A stretch of DNA of 64,000 nt from Phoronis australis (lineage: Eukaryota > Animalia > Phoronida), in contig NMRA01000063.1 in NCBI GenBank assembly GCA_002633005.1, positions 1-64,000 of the forward strand, written 5' to 3'. The position numbers and the translations under genes were made by a program. The notes beneath the pieces were generated by a model. The model saw only the letters and a program-made list of their open reading frames with translations, ran no database searches and was not told the origin of the DNA. Shown one piece after another: positions 12,298 to 25,327 of the stretch. Each line of letters starts with the position of its first letter. The first letter of the stretch is position 1.

Positions 12298-14938
12298 ATT
12301 TTCACAATCATCCTAAGAGTGGTTTGGTTGACAGAGGGCGGACACCAAAAACAGTAAAAATGGCCACTAGATGGAGCAAAATAAGTCGAATCCATCTGAA
12401 AATCAGAAAATGTCACCGTTCTTTAAAAGAAAGCTATTTAACAAATTTCATGAAAATTCGTCGAGAAACTTCCATCAGAGAAACAGAGGAAAACAGAAAA
12501 AACTGAAATTGCCACTAATAGGCAATTTTATTCGGACCCGTCTGAAAGTCATCGTCTTCCATTGTTATATAAATACACGCACTAAATTTAATAAAGATCC
12601 TGCAGAGGGCTAAGGAGATACAGGTATGCCAGGGAGCAAAACAAAACAATACAAAAACAAAACTGCCACTAGGAGGCGCCACAGTAGTTGAAGTCATTGG
12701 AAAATCATCGTCAACCGTTTTCTTTATAGTAAGCAAAATACATGTCAATTTTCGCAATCATCCTTAAAGGGGTTAGGTTGACATAGGGGCGACGCCAACA
12801 AACGGACTCGAAAATACTAAAAATGCCACTAGATGGCATAAAATACCTCGAATCCATTGGAAAACAAAAAGATAGCGTCACATCATTAATAGATGCCTAT
12901 GTGCCGAATTTCATGAAAATCCGTTGAGGACCTTTGAAGATACAAAGGCAAACGTAAAAAACTAAAATTGCCACTAGGGGCACAGTGCTATTCAGGTCCT
13001 AAACTCGTCGCCCTGTTGTCAATCCCATAGAAACACACCTACCAAATTTCAATAAGATCCTGCAAGGAGTTTAGGAGATACAGCTGCGGACGCCAGATGC
13101 CCGGACGCCCAGACAGAGATGACGGCAATATGCACCCACATATAAATATGTGGGCACATAAAAATGGCCACTGGGTGGTGCAAAATACCTCGACTTAAAC
13201 CGAAAACCGGAGGATAGCGTCACCTCACTGATAGATGCCTATATGCCAAATTTCATGAAAATCCATTGAAGACCTTTGAAGATAAATGTAAACTACTAAA
13301 ATTGCCACTAGGGGACACACCGGTAGTCTGATCCGTCCAAAAGTCGTCGTCATTTGTTCTCAACTTCACATAAATACACTAGCAAAATTTAAGAAAGATC
13401 CTGTAGAGCATTTAGGAGATACAGCCATGGCCACAAAAACAAACAAAACTGCCACTAGGAGGTGCCACAGTAGCCAAAGTCGTCGAAAATCATCGAAGAT
13501 ACAGAGGTAAGTGTAAAAAATAAAATTGCCACTAGGGAGCACACCAGTAGTTGGAGAGGTCCAAAATTCGCCGTCATCTTCATGGGAACACATCTGCAAG
13601 TCCTCATCAAGATCCTATATATGTGGGCGCATAAAAATGACTAGTTCTTCAGACCTGAAATGGAGCTTGATCTCAATTAAACAAATGTCAGTTCTTTCAG
13701 AGACCTAAGACCAGAAATCACACCTATTTTGACTAAGGGACATTTTGAGATTAATTTCACAATGGTAAGAGGCCTAAAGCAAAACGTTTTTGACAGAAAG
13801 CATGGCGTTTATGCCACTTTAGAAAGAACTAACAGACAAATGGAAGGACAAGAGAGGGAGAGAGGGTTAGAATATTTGCATGTTCTCATCTTTATGACTT
13901 GATGGAAACCAGTACAGCAACTTTCCCAAAATACATTACGGTGGCTTTACGAATTCTAAATTAATTGTAGCTGCTAAAAAGACGTAAGTGATTATGTCCC
14001 ACCCTTCCAAATTCTCCCCTTCTGCACTGATCGCTCTCTCATGCGGTGAGGTACGAAATAGTGGCACACCTCCAGATACGGCAGGAAGGCCAGCAGCTTC
14101 GCTTTCGCTCCTATGGAGATACATTTTAGTATGTGTCGTGTGAATACTTTTATGATTATTTTTTATATCATATTTAAACATTGCTGGGAAAGTATTTCTG
14201 CTGTGCCATGGGCTCCAATGCCTATTCAAGGAAGTGGGATAAGCTGGATAAATATCCATGGATGCAGGAGGTCACATTTAACCCATTCCTGACAGTTCTG
14301 AAGGACAAAAGACGGCAAAATCCGTTGGGCGCACAGTGCCACCATTGTACAATCAATGTAATCTTACCTCACGGCCAAGAAAAGCGGGAGTGCGGAATAC
14401 GGGAATTGGAAACAATATGGCGGTGATCTATTCACTTACACTTACACTAAATTACACATTAATTCAAACTGAAAGAATTCTACAGAAGACAGAATATTTG
14501 AAGCTCATGCCCTCAACATTAGCATATTAAGCACATTTTCTAAAACTTGTAGTTTTCCAGTTACAGCTTTTGACCTAATGGAATTTCCCATAGAAAAGTG
14601 GCAAAGATGGTAGAATCTGCCAGACTCCTCTAGTATGACAACATTACACTCTCCATACCAATTACTGACAATGTCATTGCTAATTGTAGTTATACTTGTA
14701 TGAGTATAAGCTGTCTAGTTGTGGATAGGTGCAAGAGAGTGAATGAGAGCCTTGATATAATGCAAAAAGGATTTCCAGGAGGGGGTTAGTACTTATGCTT
14801 GTACTATCATGCAAGAACTAGTTCCTTTACCAAAGTTTGGTAGTTTGAAACTATTTCTTGTTTTTATATTGCCACTCATTTACTCAAGCCAAAAAGTAAA
14901 TCCAGAGAAATCACTGTTTACGTTGTGCTTTGACCTAC

Positions 14939-15078
14939 CAGTACTGCCCATGGGTCGTAACATGTACTCATTGAGCGTAAAGCCCTGCTCCAGGGCATGT
15001 CCTCTCATTGCCTTGTTGAACTGGTCACTCCCCGTGAAGTATAGTAAAGCACAGTAGTACTGGTCATGGGGAATCAGT
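14939..15078 (-). CDS. POLB: POLB coding exon: [46 protein letters not shown](G)
   Basis: 140 nt, ttcTAG/GTAGGT boundaries, YFTGS and NEY motifs. Confidence 0.97.
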
Positions 15079-15998
15079 CTAGAATGATATGCAACAATAG
15101 TACAGCACTGGCAGTCACAAGATTGGACTTCTGTTTTAAGAGCGAAACAATAGAAATGATTGGTCTTTCACACGTTGTTGCCAACGTAAAGTGTAGGCCT
15201 ATTCCAGCGATTCAAGTGCGTGAACTAATGCGTGCACACCAGTTCAAAGCAGCACATCAAAAGAGAACAGCGACAGTCATACATGAAAGAGTATACCGGC
15301 TTGGCTCTGTTAAGCACCCGGGTGCCAGTGGTTTATTTGAAAATGAACTCAGATTCGCGGTAGTTTTAAAAGACCCAATGCTTTACGATATTCACCCAGA
15401 ACTGATATTTCCGGTTCCGATGTTTCCCAAGGTCGACGTACTCTAAACCAGATATTCTATGCCCATGGCCAGCTATTACAACTAAACTGGTACTAGATGC
15501 GAAAATGTGGTTAGCGAACTTTTATTCTTCTCTTCATACACCCCCCCCCCTTCCCCACCAACTTTTCGCTCCCCGGACCACCGCAGCCGTAAAAATGTTC
15601 AGACTCAAATGGAAACAATCTTGTTACAGCTGAAGCGGGCAATTAATAACAAAATTATTCCGGGTGGCTAAAAAGGATACAGTGTAGTTGGTAACGATAT
15701 CCAGAAAGTTACCCCTTAAAAATTTCCTATTAAGCGTCCACAGTTCAGGCTAGCGCCCATCATAGCGTACTACAAACGACCACGCGTGGTTTAAAATTGA
15801 CGCGCAGTATATATGGTGTGTCACTCTCATTTTACACCACAAATTCAGTTTTCAAAAAACGTCTTTTCTCAATATGTAAAAACCAAATCCCGGCTTTGGT
15901 TTATACCTCCGAAAGAAAGTTAACACTAGTGACATGTGTGTCGTTTTGTGACTGACCTATTTTTCACTGACCTATTTTTCCCATACTTGGAAGGTATT

Positions 15999-16230
15999 CA
16001 GTGGCAGATCTACGTTTTCAGTAAGGCGGGTTTAGGAGTCGAGCAAATCCGAGGCGGGTAGCGCCGAGCGGAAGGAAGGTCGGGAGAGGGTCCCCCCCCG
16101 TGTAAGATTTTTTTGTGGTTATGAGTAGCTGATTTCACTTTTCTGGCGAATTTTTTTTCACTTTTTATTTATGATCCTGTCCCGAGGGGGGGTTGGAGCC
16201 CCTGAATCCCCCCTTGTATATCCGCCTCTG
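15999..16230. mobile_element. hAT-like MITE with 5-bp TSD (GTATT)
   Basis: CAGTGGCAGAT...ATCCGCCTCTG termini flanked by GTATT on both sides. Confidence 0.72.
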
Positions 16231-16779
16231 GTATTGAGGAGCGAACTTGCCATTACCCGATGAAAACCTGCACGGAGGGAGTCGGGAATTATTTCGAGGC
16301 TATTCGCTTCATAGCAAACTAATTGTTGAACACATAAACAGCGGAAGTACCACATTGTTATTGTAAAATTTGCACTGAATTGTTCATTCGGTTAGCGCAT
16401 CGTTTCACGGATTTTTTTTTCGACATGTTTTTCAAACGTCGAGTTAAGTTGCAAAATTTGAGCTGCGAACATAAAATGTAAACAGGGTCATCAGATGACA
16501 AACAGACAATTTGCCAATCCAACATGACATCAACCAACTTTTAGAGAGGCTAAGTGCAAATTACAAAATTACACAATTGCATCACTTTCCAGGCCAGTTC
16601 AATTTAAAGTTTTTTTGTGTTACAAAAACTAATTGTATGGCTTTCCAAAGGAACTTAGAAATTGTAGTAAATGTTCAGTGTGTATGAAGCATTATTTAGT
16701 TATCAGTGATCTGTCATACAACACATGTAGACCAAACTGTGCCAATATGTTATGAAAGCAAAAACAATTCGATGTATCT

Positions 16780-18465
16780 AATTCATAGAATACGAGCAGC
16801 TAGTCAATTGGGCACTCCATGAAAATAACTTGTCTGAAGACCAAAGCAGATAGAAGAAAAATTTCAGTACAGTTGACAATACATTGTTCTTAATACCATT
16901 ATTCAGTCATGTTTAAGTAAACCAGGCAAAAACATTATACTGTTCATATATAGATTTTTCCAAGGTGTTTGACTGTGTATATAGATCAAAGTTATGGAAA
17001 AAGCTCCTTAGGGGAAATGTTAGTACCAAAATGCTCAAGATATTGAAAAGCATTTATTGAAATGTGAGGTCAAAGACCATTTTAAAAGATGGGTGCACAG
17101 ACTTCTTCAACTGTTCATCTGGCAATAGGCAAGGATGCATTTTGTCACCATTTCTTTTCAACATTTTATAAATGGCATTGAAGCAAATTTAATTTAAAGT
17201 GTGAACCACAAGCTAGAGTGTTTTTGGGTGGCAAGAAATTTTTTCATTTGGCATTTTCCTGACAATTTGATAGCGTTTGCAGACATGCCTGTAGGGCTGG
17301 AAAGGTTAATTAACAAATTTAATGTTGGTAAATATGGAAAAAAACTAAAATAGTGGCATTTAGGAAGGGAGGGGAGTTAGCAAGGCATGAAAAATGGTTC
17401 TATTAAAGTAACTTGTATTGAAGTGGTGTCACAAAAAATGTTTGGAAACCCTTTTTACCCCCAGGTGGATCTTGGTATGACACAAACAAAAACTCATCAA
17501 GTCAAGCCTTGAAAGTCATAAACACACTGCAAACTTCTCTCTTCAGTGGCGAACTCCATATCAACGTTCATTCAAACAGAGACCAGCCCCAAATCAAGGA
17601 ATGCGGCGAGACTGTCTAGCTGTGCTGTCTCGAGGTAAATTCAGCCCTCTCGTGCGGGGAAGCCATGCTGACTTATTTTATAAACATTTTTAATATTACA
17701 ACTTCAAAGACTATTTATTAGATTCTAACCTGAATATTTCCTATGAAAGATAAATGCAATTTACAATTGTTAAGCTTAAAATAAAACTATTAAAAAAATA
17801 ACTGAATTACTTTACATTGCACAAGCACCTTTTTACAAAAGTTTGCCCATGTCATCAAACCTAAGACTTGTGTAGGATTCTCTATATATCTTTTGCATAT
17901 GCTCAGCAATACAGCATGACTGAGAAGAACTGTTGGGGTAATAATGCTAACATTTTTTAGAAAGACGCGATTTGGTAGAACAATATCTTCTTAGACAAAA
18001 AAGTTTAACTACAATGATTGTAAGTGATTTTGACGAATTACATGACTATGCTGAACTCTCATTGTATAGAGAAGTGAAAGTGGATTCGTCATTTTGATAT
18101 CATAATAGTGACTGTTAAGGATTACAGAATTGTTCCCACTAGATTCTGAGTATCCGCTTTGGCAGTAAAAAAGGGAAGGAAATGTTGGAGGTTAGGGAAC
18201 AGGGATGTTGTGAAATGTGTCTCAGTGGAGAAACTTGATGAATATAATTTTTTTGTGTGTCAGACGGAGGATTTGAGATTAAACATGTTGCCTTCAATCA
18301 CTGTCCAACATTGCTTGCTTTGAATAATTACAGCGCATTGCACAACAAAACAACGTTTACTTGACTGTTACACTTTCTGTATCATGATTTGTATTGTACT
18401 GATGTAGCCACTTTACTGTATATGTTTGTGTTCATGAGGCCGGTGGCCTATTTATTGAACAAATA
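16780..18465 (+). pseudogene. Highly decayed non-LTR retrotransposon (LINE) reverse transcriptase remnant
   Basis: Fragments STVDN, LYCSYIDFSKVFDCV.RSKLWKKL and GNRQGCILSPFLFNI with many frameshifts; interrupted around 17545-17800. Confidence 0.75.
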
Positions 18466-18500
18466 ATTCATTCCCACTGTTCTTCAGAGCTGCTATTTAC

Positions 18501-18550
18501 CTGATATCAATTCTCCTAAAACTAGACCCCGCCTTTAGTTGACAGACACC
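18501..18550 (-). CDS. POLB: POLB coding exon: GVCQLKAGSSFRRIDI(R) (catalytic D256 equivalent)
   Basis: 50 nt, tttCAG/GTAAAT boundaries, RRIDIR motif. Confidence 0.95.
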
Positions 18551-19063
18551 CTGAAAAGAAAGCACAAATTATTGATACCAGAAAATCCTAAAAATGCATT
18601 TCTTAAATAACTTAACAGAATCCCAGATGAATGCTCAAAACAGCAAAAATAAGAACTTGAAAACACGCGAAAGTAAGAACTAAGTAGTTTATTAAACCCA
18701 AAATAACCCTAATCGGTAAATTCAAATCAAAACATTCAACATTATGTGAAATGGCATGTAACAAGAAAATAGTCATATTATCTAAACAATGCTCAGTACA
18801 ACACACGGTTACTTTGTTGCACCATGGGCACATTTGCCGCTTACTTCGCTAACAAGAACAACGCAGAGCTTTGAAATGCACCCACGAATGCACCGCAACC
18901 AATGAGCTTCTAGAGGTGTTTATCTGAACCATAAAAATGGCCACTAGATGGCACAAAATATGTGTCGAATCCATCTGAAAACTGGTATGTGTCATCAAAG
19001 CTATTTACCAAATTTCATAAAAATTCGTCAAGGAACTATCAGAAAAACTGAGGAAAAGGAAAA

Positions 19064-22000
19064 AATGAAAGCACTCCGAGGACCGACACTTGGCGAAATT
19101 AATGGAAAAGACGACAACAGAGATGATGACGAATATGACGACGATGGTGGCGATGATGAACAATTTGCGTAATGATAACATTCACAAGACGAACATAGAA
19201 GCCAGACATCAGTAAGTATAGGCTACAGTCTTGAGCGACACTTCGCGAAATTAACTGAAGACGACAACGGAGATGACGACGAAGATGATGAATATGATGA
19301 CGATGGTGATGATGCTGAACAACATCATAACATTCATATGAAGCACTTAGATGTCATAAATCAATAAGAAATAGGCTACAGTCTAGTTCAATAGAAGCTA
19401 AACCAGCATCAATGCAGCAAGAGCACTCAAGGAACAGCGCTATCAGAAAATCTCGAATAATTCTGAAAGTAGACGTCCTAGCGAAAAATGAAAAACAACT
19501 TCTGAAAGCCCGTTCAAAACTCTATCTAAACTGATGGTATCATTTAATTCCATAAATTTTTTTTTTAAAAATTGAAAATTTGCGGATTTTTTTTGAAATT
19601 CAAAGTCAAACAACTCGAAAACGGTTAGTCTGAGAAAAAAATTGTTACAGGCCATTTGAAAGAGTATATAGTCCGGTTACCTATTGTCGTCAGGCTCCAA
19701 AGGTCGTCCGCCATCTTGTTTCGCGTGCAGCGCAACCACGCGGGACTTAGCGTTCCAATTTGGAGTGCTCGTGTGCACGTTAGGTAATAACTTATCGGAA
19801 GAGACACGTGTCAAAGTAATGAGACAAAAATCGGTGAGTTTACCGATTGTTTTTTAAAACCACTTAAAAATCAGTAGATTTTACTAATACACTTTTTTGT
19901 GCGTTTTCAGAAGATGTTTTCGAATTTAAATTTTCTTCCGACGGGACACAAAACATGATCCAGGGTTTGTTTATGCAATGTATCTGTTTGTCCCAGGCAC
20001 TAGTAGGATCTAGAAGGCCAAAGGAAAAATCCGCAGACAAATGCGATACGCTGGGTTCTTAACATTTTTGCCTCACGCATTCACCATTAAACTGCATTGA
20101 AATGTTGTCCAATTGGCTTTTATTGGAAACCACAGTGCAGAGCTCAACATCAAAGCTTCAAATCGAGTTTATGTCAATAAAAACAGGCTGTTGCAATTTT
20201 CATTACTTCGTTGGCCTTTTTCTGCATGTTTCTCAGTTTTTACAAAAGGGGGCAGCATATGACGAACTTAGGTGTCACAATAAAATGGCTGCCGAAGGCA
20301 GTGCACATTTGAAATAACTCGGCACAAATTAAAGAAAACTTCCGAATCGATGAATGCGGTATATCTGTGAGAGTTAAATCGAATCCTATTCAGATCATAA
20401 CTTTGAAGTGGAATAATTCGGTGAGTACAACAGCAAGTCGGTTTTATGCTTAGGCGGACGACCATTGGGTTCCCCAGTATACCTCAGAGAATCCACATAA
20501 AAAAATCACATCTTTTTCTCTTCCCGTTTAAAATGGCACTCCAGAAAGACTGAAAATGGGTCAACATGCGCCAGATCCGCCATCTTGAAAGCAACTTCCG
20601 GTTTTTCAATTCTGAATAATAGCATGTCACATGAAACTAATACTTGAAAAATGTTGAAGAAATTGGTTCTATAATGCGCCCTCTACTTTTTCCTGAAATC
20701 GAGGTGCGCATGCGCAAGTGCCGATATTTCCGCCACCTTTGACCAGAAGTTAAAGATTTACAGCGCAGTTGTAGTGCTTGTGTGCTATAATAATCGCACC
20801 AATGTTCAGCCCTGCACGTCGAAAGATGCGGCCTCTATGAGCAATGTCTTCATGGTCTTGTTCAATAGAAGCTACACCAACATCAGTGCAGCAAGAGCTA
20901 TCAACAAAGGAACAATAAAAAGTAGATGTCGTAGCGAAAAATGGAAAATATCTTCTGAAAGCCCATCCAAAACTCTATGTAGATTGATAGTTTCGCAACA
21001 TTCCATAAAGCTTTTGAAAAAACTGAAATTTTGTGTTTTTTGAAATTCAAAGTCAAATGACTCGAAAACGGTAAGTCTGAGAAAACCGTTATCGCAGAAC
21101 TTTTGAAAGAGCATACTTCAGGGCCTGGAATGACCAATGACAAAAAACGCGGAAACTTTTACGGCCCAAATCATGCGTGCTACCCAGCCTTGAAATGGTC
21201 GATGTGAACCTTTCCCCGACAAAGATCGGGAGCACTAAAAAAAAAAAACCAAAACATTACCACCATCAGTAGCATGCGTCTGCGTCCTTTTAGCTCATCC
21301 GTCCACTCCCAACCCACACATTTTTGGCTGCAGAGCCGTAGTATTTGTCGCAGCGGTTTACAATAACACGAGACGCCCTTGAAAATCCCACCACGCTATC
21401 CCAGATGCCCGCAATGTTGAAAATTTACGTTCCTCCGAAACATAAAGAGCAACTTCCGCTTTTCGAGGTGAACGTCGTCTGCAACGCCGCGGTAAGAAAG
21501 GAATTTGCCGCAGAAATTTTATATCAAATCCGATTTTTTTTACGCGGAAATATCATAAAATGCGCGGACAGAACATTTGAAAAAAGCGGAAATCCGCGTT
21601 TCCGTGGAAAATTCCAAGCCCTGATACTTCAAGGAATCCACATGCAAAAATCCACGTCATTTGCTCTTCCCGTTAAAAAGGCGACAGCAGAACGATTGAA
21701 AATGGGTGAAAATGCGCCAGAGCCGTCATCTTGAAAGTGACTTCCGGTTAAACAAAATTTTATAAAAGCTGATCAATTGCAAGAAACACGTGACCAGTTT
21801 GAAAGTGATTGGTTCACCAATGCACCCTCTACAGGAGAAAACGTTTTTAGCCAGATATCGAGGTGTGCATGCGCCATCGTCAATATTTACGCCACCTTTA
21901 ACCGGAAGTTGTTTTTCAGCACAGTTGTAGCACATGTGTTCTATAATAATCGTACCCAGTTTCAGCTCTGTACGTCAAAAAATGCGGCCTCTATGAGCAT

Positions 22001-22215
22001 TTGAATGTGAAATCGGAAACAAAATGGCTGCCACGTCTGCCATTTTGAATCTCATCACGACCAAAAACTATAAGCTTCCAGCACTTTCCAATCTACATGT
22101 TGTGTGCAAATTTCGTGAAAATCGGACGAAAATTGCGACCTGTAGAGAGGGAACACACAAAAACTTGATGTCAGACCAACATACTTGGCGGAATTTTAAT
22201 TTCCCCAAGTAACAA
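19064..22215 (-). mobile_element. Helentron-like family C with internal duplications
   Basis: ACTTGGCG(A/G)A subterminal repeat at ~19088 and in the terminal palindrome TACTTGG...CCAAGTA at ~22182-22211; direct duplications 19386-19665/20860-21112 and ~20490-20845/~21633-22002. Confidence 0.55.
21119..21623 (+). mobile_element. hAT-like MITE with 6-bp TSD (ATACTT)
   Basis: CAGGGCCTGGAAT...ATTCCAAGCCCTG TIRs; near-identical to 53144-53653. Confidence 0.82.
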
Positions 22216-22385
22216 ACTTGATGGAAGAGCCAATTTCTACAGCCATCCTTAATGCGGTTTGGTTGACAGAAGGGCAGAACCAAATAACAAGACTCAAAAA
22301 CAGTAAAAATGGCAACTAGGTGGCGAATAATACCATGAATCAAACCAAAAACCAAAAACCTGAGGATAGCGTCAACTCCCTAATA

Positions 22386-23443
22386 CCGTATTTGCCCTAA
22401 TAAGCGCCCATGCCTCTTTAAGCCCCCTCACGCATTTTCAGACATCACTAAAGTAAGTGCCCAGCCCATGAACGTGTATAGGTGCAAAAAATGCCATACC
22501 TACAGTTCAAAAAATATACAGTAACAACAGTCCTGAAAAAATCATTATGCGCGGAATTTGTAGACCATGGGCCTCACCGCTATGTCAGTATTTAGCCGTG
22601 ACTATACACTTCAAAGTTCTGCCGTGCCTTAAAAAGAACGCAGAAGTTTTGCTGATCTTGCGAGGAATGTGTCCCACTATGGTCAGGCCTTTCAGAACAG
22701 ACGCAGCGTACTTGTATTGTATCTTTCCCGTAAAGATCTTCTCCCTTAACAGGAATCCATACTTCTTTGTACACATGAAAACCACGAATCGAAGACAAAT
22801 AAAAAAAACTTGACCAGGCTTAAAAGCATGTGGCCAAGAAGCACACACTACATACAAATAGGCCTGTTACTCTGGCAAATGAACTCTGATAACACGCACG
22901 CGCTCGCTCACTCAGCACACACAAGCACTGAAACTTCAAAAAAAAAAAAACGTCTCGTGGCAACAACATGTGTGTTCGTCCAGATTTTGCTCATGTTGAG
23001 GGGTGCAATCTAGTGCAGGTTTGTACTTAATCTGCGGTTAATCCCGACTCCACAGGAACTTAAAAATCTAAGGACGCTATTTGGAGAACTTGAGGACTTC
23101 AGGTAATTTGTTGAGTCGAAACTTTATTTTTATTCAAGAATTCAAGTTGTCCTAATGACGATCGCAAGGCAGCAATGCATCAGTTTTCACCGAGGGGATT
23201 TCTGCACAATTTTCTGAAAAAGGATCGTAATTTAACAACGAAATTTGATAGCAGTGCACCACAATTTTGTGGAAAGTCTGTCATAGGTTACAGATATGTC
23301 GTAGAACGTAAATTTTATGAATCCTAGCTTCCAATTTCACCCGTTTCAGAGAACAGGTTTCAACCATCTTAGGCTACAATAAGCGCCCCCCTCCCAAAAT
23401 GAATTTTTCTAAGCGACCTGAGCACTTATTAGGGCGAATACGG
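22386..23443 (-). mobile_element. TA-TSD TIR element (Tc1/mariner-pogo-like ends) with decayed HIRAN-like ORF, copy 1
   Basis: TA|CCGTATTTGCCCTAATAAG ... CTTATTAGGGCGAATACGG|TA; host repeat intact on both sides. Confidence 0.85.
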
Positions 23444-24851
23444 TAGATGCCAATCTGGCATATTTTATGAAAATCCATTGAGAACCTTTGAAGCTACAGA
23501 CTGAGGTAAAATTAGAAAACTAAAATTGCCACTGGGGGGCACACCAGTAGTCCGATGCATCCAAAAGTCGTCATCATCATTTGTTGTCAAGTTCGTATAA
23601 ATACATTTCCTAAATTTAATAAAGATCCTGTAGAGGCTTTAGGACATACAGCCACGGGCGTAAAAGAAAATGCCACTAGGAGGCGCCACAGTAGTAGTGG
23701 TGGTCGAAAAATTTTTGTCAGCCCTCCTCTTCACATTAGGAACATACATGCCGATTTCCACAATCATACTTAGAGTGGTTTAGTTGACAGAGGGGCAGAT
23801 GCCAAAAAACAGACTAAAAAACAATAGGTGGCGTAAAATACCTCAAATTCAACTGAAAGCCGGAGGATAGTGTTACCTAACTACCTATCTGCCAAACTTT
23901 ATGAAAATCGATTGACGACCTTTGAAGATACTGAGGTAAACGTAAAAAAATAAAATTACCAATAGGGGGCACACCGGTAGTACGATCCGTCCAAACGTCG
24001 TTGTTCTCTGTTGTCAACTTGATATAAATTCATCAGAAAAAATCAATAAAGATCCTGAAGAGTGTTTAGGGAGATACAGCCATAGGCGCAAAAACAAACA
24101 AAACTGCCACTAGGAGGCCCCACAGTACTCAAAGTTTTCGGAAAATAAATCATCAGCCACACTCTTCACAGTAAGAACATATATGCCAATTTTCAAAATC
24201 ATCCCTGGAGCGGTTTGGTTGATAGAAAGGTGGACGCCGAAAAACGGACTAAAAAATGGCCACTAGGTGGTGCAAAGTACCTCAAATCCATCCCAAAACA
24301 GATGGATAGCAATCACCTCACAAATAGATGCCTAACTTCCAAATTTTATAAAAATCTATTGATTACCTCCAAAGACACAGAAGTAAACGTAAAAAACTAA
24401 AAATTGCCACTAAGGAGGCACACGGGTAGTAGGATAGGTCCGAAATACGTCGTCATCTGTCGTCAGCTTCATAGGTTCATTTGCCAAATCTCAACATCCT
24501 GTGAGAGGTTTAGGAGATATAGTTGCAAACATAGATGACAGAAATATGCGACCACATGTGGGCGCATAAAAATTACATACAAGAGAATCAAAGCAACATG
24601 CCATACAGATCTACTCTTTCATTTAAGTTGAATGCTTTTGGTAGAATAATGCCCAGATAAACATCACATCCAATATTCCATCATTAGTGCTGTACCTAAA
24701 AATACTAAAATCTATCACTGCACACCTGGCATAAAAGTTAAGCGATGCCACTCTGGAAAAATTAGGGCATGCATGGGCTGTCCCAGTAGAACTCTCGCCA
24801 GTGACATCTGTGGACGAGATCCAGTAACTTAAAAAACACTTAAGTCTTTAC

Positions 24852-24938
24852 CATGAACTTGGAATCTCCAAGTGAGAGTGTATCTGTCACTAGCTTGGCT
24901 ACTTCCAACTTCTCAACAACCTCATTTAGAAGGCTAGG
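24852..24938 (-). CDS. POLB: POLB coding exon: PSLLNEVVEKLEVAKLVTDTLSLGDSKFM
   Basis: 87 nt, tttCAG/GTAAAG boundaries; matches ITDTLSKGETKFM. Confidence 0.95.
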
Positions 24939-25043
24939 CTGAAAAGAAAACAATAACATGCAGCATTGTACTGAACATCAACACCACTGTTCTCTTCTCT
25001 TTGTCAAGGTTTAAAGCCCTCCTTGAATGGATTTTTATTATTT

Positions 25044-25327
25044 TAGATCCCTTAGGCTATCCAGATATTTTGATGTATTGCGCTATCCAGATATTTAGAT
25101 CTATTAGGCTATCCAGATATCTAGATGTATAGCGCTATCCAGATATTTAGATCTATTAGGCTATTCAGATATCTAGATGTATTAGGCTATATAGATATTG
25201 AAATCTATTAGGCTATATAGATATCTAGATGTATTAGGCTATACAGATATCTAGATGTATTTGGCTATCCAGATATTTAGATCTATTACGCTATCCAGAT
25301 ATTTAGATGTATTAAGCTATACAGATA
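25044..25327. repeat. ~26-bp minisatellite, ~11 copies
   Basis: ATTAGGCTATCCAGATATTTAGATGT-like units. Confidence 0.9.

Larger units (their letters stand above)
9761..13637 (-). mobile_element. Helentron/DINE-1-like family B composite (CCACTAG-rich), with nested inserts
   Basis: Terminal palindrome ATGCACCCACATATAAATATGTGGGCACAT at ~13130 and a partial second one at ~13620; family hairpin end at ~9761; internal degenerate modules. Confidence 0.75.
9665..13818. mobile_element. Kolobok-like MITE split by the family B insertion
   Basis: TTAA|AGTGGCATAAAC..TGCTTTCTG and inverted CAGAAAGCA..GTTTATGCCACT|TTAG. Confidence 0.55.
18851..24572 (-). mobile_element. Family B element interrupted by family C, a hAT-like MITE and a TA-TSD element
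   Basis: AACAAGAACAACGCAGAGCTTTGAAATGCACCCAC end at 18851; ATGTGGGCGCATAAAAA end at 24572. Confidence 0.72.

Noticed and set aside
15066-15446. 126-aa + strand ORF
   Set aside because: No recognisable motif, antisense to a POLB intron/exon edge; likely a chance ORF.
19100-19330. Asp-rich coding segment (DDDEYDDD)
   Set aside because: GAT/GAC simple repeats inside a non-autonomous repeat.
21345-21734. 129-aa ORF and similar ORFs at 55003-55407 and 57262-57741
   Set aside because: They span non-coding MITE/Helentron-like repeats and are not preserved as ORFs in sibling copies.
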